From assembly GCA_951406725.2 (NCBI GenBank), contig OX597837.1, positions 31,868,001 through 31,932,000 on the forward strand: a stretch of 64,000 bases of DNA. Direction: 5' to 3'. Below the pieces are notes generated by a model that did not search any database, was not told where the DNA came from, and worked only from the letters and a program-made list of their open reading frames with translations. Below, piece after piece: positions 26,659 through 42,674 of this stretch (the stretch's first letter is position 1; each line of letters opens with the position of its first letter). The DNA comes from Octopus vulgaris (Eukaryota). The position numbers and the translations under genes are program-made.

Positions 26659-26911
26659 CATATATAAATACATACATATATGTGTATATACATACATATA
26701 TATATATGTGTATGTATGTATGTATGTATGTGTGTGTGTATGTATGTATATAATTTACAGATACACTCACAAACAAGTACACAATTTTTTTCGACTCCTA
26801 CCCAACCTAGACACAGATATTGCAGACACAAAAACAGGCCAACGAACATCCTCGATGGTTGCAGAAAGAAACATGTATGTCAAACAATAATTATGTCAGA
26901 CAATTTGATAT

Positions 26912-27002
<91 letters not shown>

Positions 27003-27073
27003 TGTATGTATATATCAAAATGCCTGACATAGATAGATAGATAGATAGATAGATACATACATACATACATACA

Positions 27074-27108
<35 letters not shown>

Positions 27109-27157
27109 GTATATACATACACACATATCTATACATATATATATATATATATATATG

Positions 27158-27249
<92 letters not shown>

Positions 27250-27740
27250 TGTATGTATATCTATGTATATATATACACATCTACAAATATGAATATTTTT
27301 TTGTATATATATATATGTACACACACATTTATATGTATATATATATATATATATATGCGTGTGTGTGTGTGTGTACACTCACATACACATATGTATGCAC
27401 GTGTCTATCTGTGCAGGTTTCTACACACACGCACACACACACATACATACACGCACACACACACACACACACATGAATAAATGTTCACATACATACCCTC
27501 ACGTAAGTACACGTAGTAAATGCATATATACATACATACATACACGCATACAGACACATATGCTTATATGACATATATACATTCATACAAACATACATAT
27601 ATACACATACACAGTATGACATACCCGCATCCATTCGCTCATACATTATACACGCATCTCTCTACGCACACATACATACATATTAAGTATGCATACATCC
27701 ACATATTACATAATTCATATCCACAAGCATTCATATGTTC

Positions 27741-27912
27741 AGGCGCAGGAGTGGCTGTGTGGTAAGTAGCTTGCTAACCAACCACATGGTTCCGGGTTCA
27801 GTCCCACTGCGTGGCATCTTGGGCATGTGTCTTCTGCTATAGCCCCGGGCCGACGAATGCCTTGTGAGTGGATTTGGTAGACGGAAACTGAAAGAAGCCT
27901 GTCGTATATATG

Positions 27913-27943
<31 letters not shown>

Positions 27944-28158
27944 ATGTTTGTGTGTCTGTATTTGTCCCCCTAGCATTGCTTGACAATCGATGCTGGTGTG
28001 TTTACGTCCCCGTCACTTAGCTTTCGGCAAAAGAGACCGATAGAGTAAGTACTGGGCTTACAAAGAATAAGTCCCGGGGTCGATTTGCTCGACTAAAACG
28101 TGATGCTCCAGCATGGCCGCAGTCAAATGACTGAAACAAGTAAAAGAGTAAAAGAGAG
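27741..28158 (+). mobile_element. SINE family A, full length
   Basis: Complete head, TA tract and tail. Confidence 0.9.
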
Positions 28159-28174
28159 AAAGTATGTACAACAA

Positions 28175-28210
<36 letters not shown>

Positions 28211-28379
28211 ACTTACAATCTTGCATTTATACATGCCCGTATATACACACATCCATGCATAAAGCCATACAAACACATACCTACACTCATACATGCATAC
28301 ATGTATACACATATATACAAACATACGAAAGTATGTACATACGTACAAATATATATATTCTTCTTTTTATCTTTCTTTT

Positions 28380-28777
28380 ATCTTTTACTTGTTTCAGTCA
28401 TTTGACTGCGGCCATGCTGGAGCACCGCCTTTAGTCGAGCAAATCGACCCCGGGACTTATTCTTTGTAAGCCCAGTACTTATTCTATCGGTCTCTTTTTG
28501 CCGAACCGCTAAGTGACAGGGACGTAAACACACCAGCATTGGTTGTCAAGCAATGCTAGGGGGACAAACACAGACACACAAACACACACACATACATATA
28601 TATACATATATACGACAGGCTTCTTTCAGTTTCTGTCTACCAAATCCACTCACAAGGCATTGGTCGGCCCGGGGCTATAGCAGAAGACACTTGCCCAAGA
28701 TGCCACACAGTGGGACTGAACCCGGAACCATGTGGTTGGTTAGCAAGCTACTTACCACACAGCCACTCCTGTGCCTA
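28380..28777 (-). mobile_element. SINE family A, full length, inverted relative to 27741-28158
   Basis: Reverse complement of family A; ~220-bp spacer to the preceding copy. Confidence 0.9.
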
Positions 28778-29256
28778 TATATATAAATATATATACATAT
28801 ACATATATATATATATATACATAACACACGTATAGCTACATATACATATACATACACATATATATGCATAAACAGATGCCTGCATACATACATTTACACT
28901 AACATATACACGCTTAGCGCCAGACATACAAACATGCACACATACACACATGCAAACATACTCCCGCACATACATGCACATGCAAATACATACACACATG
29001 CATACATAATCAAATACATATATACACACACACATATACATACAAGCTTACACACATGCATACCAACACACATACATACACACATAGATTCATAAATTTA
29101 TACATAGATACATACACACGCATACATATATACATACATACACATATATTCATACATACATATACATACATAAACGCATACACACATAATCACATACATG
29201 CATAATCACATACATACATACATACACACACATATATAGATACAAACATACATGCA

Positions 29257-29290
<34 letters not shown>

Positions 29291-29588
29291 CAAACATACG
29301 TAAATACATACATACATACATACATGCATATATACATACATACATACACAGACATATACATACATACAAACATACATCCATACACACATGCACACACATA
29401 TACATACATACATATATACATACATACATACATACATACACACACATATACATGCATACATACATAAATGCATACACACACATATACATACATACATACA
29501 TACATACATACATACATACATACACACACATATACATACATACATACATACATACATACATACACACACATATACATACATACATACA

Positions 29589-29622
<34 letters not shown>

Positions 29623-30710
29623 CATACATACATACATACATACATACATACATACATACATACATACATACATACATACACACACATACACATACATACA
29701 TACACACATACATACATACATACATACATACAGACATGCATATACACACACATACAAAGATGTCACGAATTACCACTTGCCCTGTCTTACAAACCCCCAC
29801 CCCCACCCCCGTCCCTCCACGAATGATAAATCTCTTTTAAAGTGTGTTAACCTAAATTACTGCATTTTCTCCGCCGCACCACCACCGCCACCACGTTTCC
29901 CCCCTCTCTTTCCTTTTCATTCACTCGAATACCTCTTCCTTCTTCCACTCCCACACTTCTTCTTCTTTACCCTCCATTCCACTCACCCACTTCTTCTTCT
30001 TCGTCTTCTCCTTCTTCCTCTTCTCCTTTTTCTTCTTCTTCTTCTTTTTCTTCTTCTCCTCCTCCTTTTTTCTTCTCCTTCTTCATCTCCTTCTTCTTCT
30101 TCTTCTTCTTCTTCTTCTTCTTCTTCTTCTCCTCCTTCTTCTCCTCCTCCCCCTCCTCCAGCTCCTTCTTCTTCTTCTTCTTCTTCTTCTTCTTCCTTCT
30201 TCCTCCTCCTCCTCCTCCTTCTTCTTCTTCTTCTTCTTCTTCTTCTTCTTCTCCTTCTTCTCTTCCTCCCCTTCCTCCATCTCCTTCTTCATCTTCTTCT
30301 TCTTCTTATACCCCCTCCTCCACCTGCTCCTCCTCCTCCTCCTTCTTCTTTCTCTTCCTTTTTTCCTTTGTATCGTATTGTATTCCTTTTATGTGTATCA
30401 TTCTTCTTTTCCTTCTCTTTCTTCTTTTTTCCCCTTCGCCTCCTTCCCCACCTACTTCTGCCTCTCTCCCCTCCTCCCCCTTCTTCTTCTTTAAAATAAG
30501 TCATGGTTACTATTATGTACATACATATTATTATGTAAAAGAAATTATCATCATCATCATCATCATCATCATCATTGTTTTTTTTTCTTACAATTCTGTT
30601 TCCATTTGTTGCCGAGTGTCTTCCCGACACCTAGGGCAAAGCAAAGAAACTCACCGTATACGTTGGTAGGTCGTTAAAATAATTTATAAAGTCAACTTAT
30701 AAGCGTAGGA

Positions 30711-31112
30711 GTGTCTCTGTGGTAAATAGCTTGCTAACGAACCACATGGTTCCGGGTTCAGTCCCACTGCGTGGCACCTTAGTCAAGTGTCTTCTACTAT
30801 AGCCTTGGACCGACCAAAGCCTTGAGAGTGGATTTGGTAGACGGAAACTGAAAGAAGCCTGTCGTATATATCTATATATATATATGTGCATGTGTATATG
30901 TTTGTGTGTGTGTGTTTGTCCCCCTAGCATTGCTTGACAACCGATGCTGGTGTGTTTACGTCCCCGTTACTTAGCGATTCGGCAAAAGAGACCGATAGAA
31001 TAAGTACTGGGCTTACAAATAATAAGTCCCGGGGTCGATTTGATCGACTAAAGGCGGTGCTCCAGCATGGCCACAGTCAAATGACTGAAACAAGTAAAAG
31101 AGTAAAAGAGAG
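30711..31112 (+). mobile_element. SINE family A, full length
   Basis: Family A sequence with variant head aagcgtaggagtgtctctgtgg. Confidence 0.88.
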
Positions 31113-31322
31113 TATGTCTGAGAGGAGCGAGGGTGGGTGTGGTGGGGTGGGATAAAAGAAAAGATGGAGGTGGTGGGTAAACAGATTAGAGACGAAGAGG
31201 AAAATGAGAGTGAAAGTGAGAGGAATGTCGAAGGAGGCAGAAAAAGGGAAAGAAATCCGGAATCCAAGAGGTTTGAGATAGAAATTGTGAGGAGAGGAAT
31301 GGAAGTAAAAGGAGAGGAAAAT

Positions 31323-31362
<40 letters not shown>

Positions 31363-31628
31363 CGACGACGATGATGATGGTGATGGTGGTGATGATGATG
31401 ACGATGGTGATGATGATGATGATGATGACCACGATGATGATGATGATGATGATAATGATGACGACGACGATGATGATGGTGATGGTGGTGATGATGACGA
31501 CGATGATGATGATGATAATGATGATGATGACGACGATGATGATGACGATGATGATGACGATGATGATGATGATGATGATGACGATGATGATGATGATGAT
31601 GGTGATGATGGTGATGATGATGATGAAG

Positions 31629-31660
<32 letters not shown>

Positions 31661-31760
31661 GATGAGGAGGATGAGGAAGATGATGACGACGATGATGATG
31701 GTGGTGATGGTGATGATGATGATGATGATGATGGATGATGATGATGATGATGATGATGAC

Positions 31761-31791
<31 letters not shown>

Positions 31792-31815
31792 GTGATGATG
31801 TTGATGATGAGGATG

Positions 31816-31867
<52 letters not shown>

Positions 31868-32005
31868 GGATGATGATGACGACGATGATGATGGTGGTGA
31901 TGGTGATGATGATGATGATGATGATGATGACGATGATGATAATGATGATGACGATGATGATGATGATGACGATGACGACGATGATGACGATGACGATGAT
32001 GATGG
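31323..32005. repeat. Degenerate (GAT)n array, copy 2
   Basis: Direct reading. Confidence 0.95.
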
Positions 32006-32682
32006 TGTGGAGGAGGAGGAGGAGGAAATTGAGGGAATTGTAAATACAGGAATGAATGGAAATGGTGAGGAATGCATGAGGCAGAAAAAAAAAGAAGCGA
32101 AGAGCGAAGGAAATGCAATAATGTTGATAATAATGAGGCCGAAGAGGAGGCAGAAGAGGAAGAAAAACAAGCAAGGTTAGAGTGCTAGGCCAGGTCTGTT
32201 TCTTTCGAATAACGTTAAACTTTAAATGTAGTTCTTATTTAGTTCCAGGACTTGAGGAATTCCAATGTCTGTGTGAGGTTATCGTCAGCTTGAGGATATG
32301 TATATCATGTTAAAGGAAAGGAGAGGAGAGGAGGAAAAGCGGGAAAGGATGCGTAGGAAAAAGGGAAGGGGGAAACCCATATGGAGGTGGAAGAGGTGAG
32401 AGCAAATTGGAAGGAGGAAGTAGAAATGATAAGTAGATAGACGTAGAGGAGGGGAGGTCGGATGTGAAAGTAGGGAAGGTTGGATGTGGAAGGGAGATAA
32501 ATGGGTAAGGGAAAGCGGCAGGTATGTGAAAAGGGGGAAGGGAGATGAATAGGAGATTGTGGGTTGATATGTAATTGACTAAAATAGCCAAAGATACTGC
32601 ACCAATATAGCCAGAATGCAAAGACTAGTGTCACCATCAGAATATGCGAGTGTCCGTATACATACATACATACATACATACA

Positions 32683-32780
<98 letters not shown>

Positions 32781-33017
32781 CTGACACTCGCAGACGATAC
32801 ATCGAAGAGGCCAGGGAACAGAAGAAAGAAGAAGAAAGAAGACATGCACCCGATACCAGAGCTGAAGACACCTCCGAAAGTGGGGGCGCCACGTCAAAAC
32901 GGTAGAGGAGTAGGGGCCGAAACCGGACGTGGTTCCTCCTGATGATGTCTTGAGCTAACTGGATCCTATAAAGGAGCTGTTGTGGTAGCAGACCACGAAA
33001 CACGGTTGTAATTCCTT

Positions 33018-33066
<49 letters not shown>

Positions 33067-33410
33067 AAAAAAAGTCAAGATAGAAAATGCTAAAATAATA
33101 TTATAAAAACCATTTAGTACCGGTTTCAGTCATTGAGACTTTTTCAACTGTAAGTATTGAAAACAATTAAATCTTAGGAAAATTAAAAGAAAAGTTTTTT
33201 TTAAAAAGAATATTTGCATAGTGTTCAAATACAAGTGGCATTTTCCTTGTTTCTGCCTAAAGAATTGATATTAATTTGATGAATACCAATTTAAGCCACT
33301 GGACTAGCACATTGAAAAATCTGAAGATTCAGAAAAATTATGTTGTTGCCCATGTTCGGAAATTTTCTTCTCCGGAAGTTTAATCTGTTATGCATATATC
33401 AAATACTACC

Positions 33411-33465
<55 letters not shown>

Positions 33466-34306
33466 TACTCTCGCAAAATACTCTCTATGTAATCTCAAGG
33501 TTTAAAACAAACATAATTTTCGGTTTAAAAAAAAAAAAAAAAAAAAACTTTTTTTTTTTCTTTTTAGACATTCATTAGTACAACATCCCCACCCCCCAAA
33601 TATATGGCACACTAGGCATAACAACAACATGAACTTCCGACCCTGTTGTCTCTTGAGGTCTCTGGGTGAGACTTGGAGCCAACTTGTACAAATATAAAGC
33701 AAAAGTCAAACATAGAATAATAATAATAATAATAATAAATGTTCTGAGGCAGTACCAGACAGTGCCTCTCATGGCTTCTGATCTAAACTGATTGGAAGTG
33801 TTATCACGTACGTTGTTTTGTCTTGGTATAAAAGATGGGCTACTGCAAATATTCTGCTCAATACCACAGATTTGCTTGTCAGTTGTTTGACCCTAACCAG
33901 TTGAGCATGTCCCTTGGTGGCTGACGATATGTGCATCTCTGATCATAAGCAGAAGTAGAGGGGGAGCATCATTGCCGTGCGTTGAGAGGGATTCTTTGGG
34001 GTTTGAATAATTCAACTCTGGAAACATGGGTGTTTTGTTCTACATCCTTAAACAACCCTTATTCAGGGACCTTTCGAGCAGGCTGATCTACTCAGCACGA
34101 AGAAAATTTTTACTAAGCCCCACCTGCAAGGTCATGTGCTGTTAATCTTGATATAAGATCACCATGATGCCCACATGTGGATGTGATGCTTGTGCCTGGT
34201 GTGCCCTCATGAGACAGCTAGTCATGATGGCTACATTGATGGCTACATTGGGCTTCATATATTTTACCCCTGTGTCACTTTGATAGCAAGCGCTGCTCTC
34301 TCACTC

Positions 34307-34360
<54 letters not shown>

Positions 34361-34390
34361 TGGACAAGAAACAATAAATCATATTATCTC

Positions 34391-35124
<734 letters not shown>

Positions 35125-35390
35125 TAATAATGATAATAATAATAATAATAAACTTTTCTACTCTAGGCACAAGACCCGAAATTTTTTTTGGGGGGACAGT
35201 CAATTAGATCGACCCAAGTATGCAACTGGTACTTAATGTTGATGTCGATGATGACAACGACGACGATCATGATGAGGATGATGATTATTTCGGATTTTAA
35301 ATCTGATTAAACAAATGTGTGTGTAAACCTGTATGAAATCAGATAAGTACCCCCAAAAACCTGATATTAGGCGACTTAACGAAAAGACAT

Positions 35391-36171
35391 CTGGAAAAGA
35401 CTTTCTAACTAGAAAGGGTATGGCCTGGTCAGCCTGTAATGACATGCATAAGATCTGGTCATCAAATCTAAGTAGAGACTTCAAACTTGAAATCTTCAAA
35501 GCCACAGTCGAACCAATTCTACTATATGGCTCAGAAACCAGGACGTTATCAAAGAAGCTTGAGAGGCAGTTGGATGGAACTTACACTCGCCTTCTTATGA
35601 GAGCTCAAAATCTCTCGTGGAAGCGTCATCCAACCAAAGTACAAATATATGGGAAACTACCACCTGTGTCATCTCTTGTGAAAGGTAGGAGAGTCCAGTT
35701 TGCTGGACATTGTTGTAGAGCTGATAAAGAGGTAATTTCTACTCTTCTCCTCTGGAAGCCATCTACTCGCAATACCTATTTCTTTACTACCCACAAGGGG
35801 ATAAACATAGAGGGGACAAACAAGGACAGACAAACTGATTAAGTCGATTATATCGACCCCAATGCATAACTGGTACTTAATTTATCGACCCCGAAAGGAT
35901 GAAAGGCAAAGTCGACCTCGGTGGGATTTGATCTCAGAACGTAACGGCAGACGAAATACGGCTACGCATTTAGCCCGGAGTGCTAACGATTCTGCCAGCT
36001 CACCACCCTATACTCGCAATACCAGAGGGCGCACACTCTCCTACCCTAATGTAATCTCCAGGGATACAGGCATCCAGCAACAGGACCTCCGTAATGCTAT
36101 GATGGACCGTGAAGTCTGGCGTAGCATGGTAAGTTCCATTGTCTCGACAACGGTCGAACAATGATGATGAC
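35391..36171 (+). pseudogene. RTE-like LINE 3' fragment with nested SINE C, copy 2
   Basis: Same as 15640-16420. TSD at 35764-35776 and 36011-36023. Confidence 0.85.
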
Positions 36172-36457
36172 GAAGTACTTCGAGGAATACAATAAGATGG
36201 GGCGCTTCCATCTTTGAGAATACATTATTAAGTCAATAAAAACAGAAATTCGCTTGAGTGCTCCCTAATGTAGATTTGGAGGGACATAATATACAGGGAC
36301 ATGATATACAGGCCGCCGACATTACATCTTGATATATAGACTAGCAATATAATTGTATAATGTAGGCACTAACTGCCTCAAAACACAATTCAAGACATAT
36401 ATATATATTGAAATGAAATACAAATTCGAAACCCATATATGTGCTTTGAATTGTGTT

Positions 36458-36523
<66 letters not shown>

Positions 36524-36530
36524 TACATAC

Positions 36531-36593
<63 letters not shown>

Positions 36594-36684
36594 TATATAT
36601 ACATTCATGTGTGTTTGTGTGTATGTGTGTGTTATTGGTGAGCAAAAACGCTCGAACATAGAAGTGCTTGTCTAACTATTGGCT

Positions 36685-36734
<50 letters not shown>

Positions 36735-37487
36735 TATATATATACATTTATATATGTGTGTGTGTTTGCGTCTGTGTTTATATATATATTTATATATATA
36801 TATATATTTATATATATATTTATATTTATATTTATATTTATATTTATATTTATATATACACACACATACACACACACATAATAGACAGAGGGAGTGATAA
36901 TATTCTTTCTTTCTTGTTCTTTGTCTCTCCCATTTTAAAAAGGCGAGGTTAGCGACCATTTCTTAATTGTTTGAAAAAAAATATTTTCTTGGAACAATGC
37001 AAAGAAAAAAACCTGGTTCTGATTTGCCTTTAATTTATAAACTTGGTTAATTAAACTCTATTTTACATGAAAACATGGCAATTCACTTGAATCATAATTT
37101 CGCAATTTTTTTTTTTTCGTATTCCTTAACGATTCCTTTCACTTTCACCTCTTTTCCCATAGTTTTTTTCCCTTTTTACATATGTCTCGTCGTTATTTTC
37201 CATTTAAGGTTTTAGGTCTAAGTTTTTCACCATACATTTTTTTTTTAGATGTTTTCGAAATTTTGTTTCAAGTTCTTTGTTTTTCCTCTTTTTAATATGT
37301 GTGTGTGTGTGTTTGTGTGCGTAACAGAATTATATGCTGTTCCGTCTTACCATTTATAAATATAAAGAAGAATCTGGGTTTTTTTACAGTCTGGGACTTC
37401 TTACTATAGCAATATGGCATATTGTTACAACTCACCTTTGACATATATTATCGTCCTAGGATATGCACGATAACTACACACACTCGT

Positions 37488-37531
<44 letters not shown>

Positions 37532-37556
37532 ACACAAACACATATATGAACACATG

Positions 37557-37631
<75 letters not shown>

Positions 37632-37637
<6 letters not shown>

Positions 37638-37854
37638 AGGGAAGAAATGGAGCCGAACGAAGATTCTACAAAATTCCTTTTTATTATTTTCTACACATGT
37701 TTCAAAGGCTGCAAATTCCCAAATTCGGATTGAATAAGGAGACCATTCTGCAGCTTTCTCTTCAGGAAAATCCAGAGCCTTTGAAACCTGTGTAGAAAAT
37801 AATAAAAAGGAATTTTGTAGAATCTTCGTTCGGCTCCATTTCTTCCCTTCACTA
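37632..37854 (-). mobile_element. Palindromic Penelope-like remnant, intact allele
   Basis: Inverted arms 37632-37710 and 37776-37854. The minus strand has a hammerhead followed by aataaa, and the element abuts (TA)n. Confidence 0.72.
37686..37771 (-). ncRNA. Type I hammerhead ribozyme candidate, canonical core
   Basis: Minus: attttc CUGAAGA gaaagctgca..tgcagccttt GAAAC augu GUA gaaaat. 6-bp stem I, ~10-bp stem II, 2-bp stem III. Predicted cleavage between 37692 and 37691. Confidence 0.72.
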
Positions 37855-38005
37855 AATATATAAAACTTCAATTATCCGCGCTAAAGCACGGGGGCGAAAC
37901 CCCATGGTCGTAACCTCAACCGTGTCTTTTCTGGTGTGATTTTTGCTACACAGGTATCGGTTAAATTTTGAATAATCCGTAACAGGATAATTCATTTATC
38001 CATTT

Positions 38006-38071
<66 letters not shown>

Positions 38072-38474
38072 CACATATATATACATATTTGAGTAGTTGA
38101 ATGAATTATCTTGTTATGGATAATTCGGTTAACCGATACCTGGGTAGCAAATTCACATCAGAGAAGACACGGTTGAAGTTACGTGCTTTCGTGTTGAAAT
38201 TTGTATGTTTTTTTTTAAATTATAAATATACATATATATACATACATATATGTGTGTGTGTACTTGTGTGTGTGTGTATGTGTGTACATGCATACGTATC
38301 TGTTTTACTTCTTACATGTTTCAGTCATGTGACTGCGGCCATGCTGGGATACCGCATATATATTCATGTGGAAGCATGTGTGAATGTGCACTTATATATG
38401 TATATGCACACACGTATTTAAATATATGTATATACATCCCTGTAAGTCTGGCAGAAGCGACGGGCGCCTACTTT

Positions 38475-38833
38475 CTATTCTTTACTACCCACAAGGGGCT
38501 AAACACAGAGAAGACAAACAAGAACAGACATAGGTATTAAGTCGATTACATCGACCCCAGTGCGTAACTGGTAATTGTGTAATCGACCCCGAAAGGATGA
38601 AAGGCAAAGTCGACCTCGGCGGAATTTGAACTCAGAACGTAGCGGCAGACGAAATACCTATTTCTTTATTGCCCACAAGGGGCTAAACACAGAAGGGACA
38701 AACAAGAACAGACATAGGTATTAAGTCGATTACATCGACCCCAGTGCGTAACTGGTAATTATGTAATCGACCCCGAAAGGATGAAAGGCAAAGTCGACCT
38801 CGGCGGAATTTGACCTCACAACGTAACGACAGA
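38475..38833 (-). mobile_element. SINE family C, two tandem body units
   Basis: Counterpart of 18633-19174 with one unit fewer. Confidence 0.88.
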
Positions 38834-41800
38834 TATATTACTGCCTGACCATCGGGCCTTGCCCCCGTTCCCCTTCAACCAGCCTAGAGTAGTTGTTCTT
38901 TCCTTAAAAGGAAAGCATGCTATTGCTTAGACGCACTATTTGCTGTCAACACCTGCTAAGCTAATTCATTATGTTCGCTCATGACCTGAAGCAGCATCAG
39001 CAGCAGCTCCTTGACAGTGAACAGGTGTGTTTGGCGTTTGTCAGTGGAGGCGCAATGGCCCAGTGGTTAGGGCAGCGGACTCGCGGTCATAGGATCGCCG
39101 TTTCGATTCCCAGACCGGGCGTTGTGAGTGTTTATTGAGCGAAAACACCTAAAGTTCCACGAGGCTCCGGCAGGGGATGGTGGTGATCCCTGCTGTACTC
39201 TTTCACCACAACTTTCTCTCACTCTTACTTCCTGTTTCTGTTGTACCTGTATTTCAAAGGGCCGGCCTTGTCACTCTCTGTGTCACGCTGAATATCCCCG
39301 AGAACTACGTTAAGCGTACACGTGTCTGTGGAGTGCTCAGCCACTTACACGTTAATTTCACGAGCAGGCTGTTCCGTTGATCGGATCAACCGGAACCCTC
39401 GTCGTCGTAACCGACGGAGTGCTTCCATTGGTGTTTGTCAGATGGGTCTCCACTGCTTGTGTCTTCAGCACAGCTTGGGTCAGCAAAAACTGAAACAGGA
39501 AATTTAGATAAAGGGACGACATTTTCAGAACACTGAGAATCGATGAAAACTAACTGGCTGGTTTGTTTCGAAGCAGTTCGGGGCCGGCACCCATAGATAT
39601 TTTCCAGAAATCCTTGGCCTAACCGTGTTAACGGGAAGCATTGTTGGTTCGAGATAAAAGGGGTAAAGACCCCCTTCGGTCATGAGTGACCATAGGATTG
39701 CACCTAGAAAGTTACCCTCCTAGACACAAGTCCGGGCAAGGTTGTTTTTATGGAAGACCAGCAGTCGCCCATGCATACCAGCCTCCCCTCTCCACGCCAC
39801 CAGTGTTATCCAAGGGAAAGACAAAGGTCGATACAGCTTGGCACCTGTGACGTCGCAACTCATTTCTACAGCTGAGTGAACTGGAGCAACGTGCAATAAA
39901 GTGCCTTGCTCAAGAAAACAACACGCAGCCCGGTCCGGGATTCGAGCTCACAACCTCACGATCGTAAGCTCGACGCTCTAACCACTGAGCCTAAACTCTA
40001 CATAAATAAAAGGACTGTCAGCTATACCTCTCCACGATTCGAGAAGGTTCATGAAACCGTTCTGCATGCATTTGTCCAGTGCCCGAGCATTTCCGACTTG
40101 AAGAATTATACTCTACAGCTGCTATCACGGTTGGAATGAATTCGGTTATGGCCATCTTTGGCAGGGGAGACAGGAAGCTTTTAGCCGGCGGCTTTGGTGA
40201 AAGAGGTAGTGTGGTGGACGAGATTGAAAGATACTACCCTCTTTGCACAAACCCTCATCAAATTTTCGAGTTTCACTTGAAGAGCAAAATGAAGGTGGGG
40301 AGGAAAGACTAGCCTCTAAGCAAGATGAGAATGACGAGTTTGGTCCGATATGGAATACTTTGTGGCATCTGTAATTCCGAACTTTTTCATATTTTGTTCG
40401 CCAAAGTCCCTTTAATAAATACAATCGTCGAGAGGTCCTACAGGTGCATGCACTGGCAAGAACACACCTTTCACTCATATGAATAATGATTAATATAGAT
40501 AACCCCTTGAATTTTAATTAATATAACTTCTTTTTTTATATATTAACATACTCTGAGTGTGCAATAGTAGATTGGAAGAAGACAAACGGAAAAGGCGTTT
40601 GCCTTAGTGCCAAGGTAACCGTGGATTTTGTTGGGTTCCATGAATAGCCCTCAGAGGATCCTCCCTTTTAGAGAAATTTTCTTTGCTCGAATTTGTCTTC
40701 ATGTTATGTATCTGGAACTCGGCTTAAGTTCCAGTTCGGCTTTTAATAAATCCCGTAGTTAATCAACCGTATGAATGATTTAAATCTAAGAATCCAATAT
40801 TTGTTTAATCCATAACGTTTCACAAGATTTAACGAATATCTTCTATGTAAACGCCAATTTCACATTTTACGAACTTTCCAAATCTGCCTCATTTGTTCAA
40901 TGGGTTCTCTATGGCTGGAGCGTAGAGGCGGAATGGCCCAGTGGTTAGGGCAGCGGACTCGCGGTCATAGGATTGCGGTTTTGATTCGTTGTGAGTGTTT
41001 ATTGAGCGAAAACACCTAAAAGTTCCACGAGGCTCCGGCAGGGGATGGTGGTGATCCATGCTGTACTCCTTCACCACAACTTTCTCTCACTCTTTCTTCC
41101 TGTTTCTGTTGTACCTGTATTTCAAATGGCCAGCCTTGTCACTCTCTGTGTCACGCTGAATATCCCCGAGAACTACGTTAAGGGTACACGTGTCTGTGGA
41201 GTGCCCAGCCACTTACACGTTAATTTCACGAGCAGGCTGTTCCGTTGAATGGATCAACCGGAACCCTCATCGTCGTAACCGACGGAGTGCTTCCATTGGC
41301 GTTTGTCAGATGGGTCTCCACTGCTTGTGTCTTCAGCACAGCTTGGGTCAGCAAAAACTGAAACAGGAAATTTAGACAAAGGGACGACATTTTCAGAACA
41401 CTGAGAATCGATAAAAACTAACTGGCTAGTTTGTTTCGAAGTAGTTTGGGGCCGGCACCCATAGATATTTTCCAGAAATCCTTGGCCTAACCGTGTTAAC
41501 GGGAAGCATTGTTGGTTCGAGATAAACTCTATATAAAAAAAAGGACTGAAAAAAGGAATTTCAGGAGCAGGCTGTTCCGTTGATTCGGATCAACCGGAAC
41601 CCTCGTCGTCGTAACCGACGGAGTGCTTGCATGGCTGGAGCAAGACTACTGTTGTTTTGTATTTGTTCATCAGCATCTGTAGTTCATCCCGCCCTTATCT
41701 TCACAAGAATATAATGTCAGTGTTTGTTTGTGATTGTCGTCGTTACTGTAAACAAGAATTACCAGAACATTGTTTCTTTTCCTTCATATCATCCCTTAAT

Positions 41801-42161
41801 CACAACAATTTTAAACCATTTACTTAAGTGTGTGTATACATATATACATATATATATACATATATGTATACATATATATATATGGATACATGTATACATA
41901 TATATATACATATATGTATACAAATATACATATATATGTATACATATATACATATATACCTACATGCTTACGCATGCACACACATATACATGCACACGTA
42001 TATAAAACTGTATACACACACACACATATATATACATATATGCATACATATATATATATATATATATATCGTCCCAAAGATAGTGACCACCCCACCTAGA
42101 AAAGTTTATATCGCTTACTCAGTGTTTGCGTTTGTATGCATGTATAATATATGTGTATGCA

Positions 42162-42204
<43 letters not shown>

Positions 42205-42229
42205 TTATATACACTTGTATTTGTATGTA

Positions 42230-42270
<41 letters not shown>

Positions 42271-42321
42271 ATATATGTATGTATATATATTACATGTATG
42301 TACATATATACATATATATAA

Positions 42322-42356
<35 letters not shown>

Positions 42357-42624
42357 CTTACATAAATACAGAGAAATATATATAAACACATATATGCATA
42401 CATGTCTGCGTGTATACATACATATATACATACATACAAACATACATTCAGAATACATACATGCATGCATACAAACATACATACATACATACATACATAC
42501 ATACATACATACATACATACATACATGCATGCATGCATGCATACATGCATACATACATACATACATACATACATACATACATACATACATACATACATAC
42601 ATACATACATACACACACACACGA

Positions 42625-42674
<50 letters not shown>

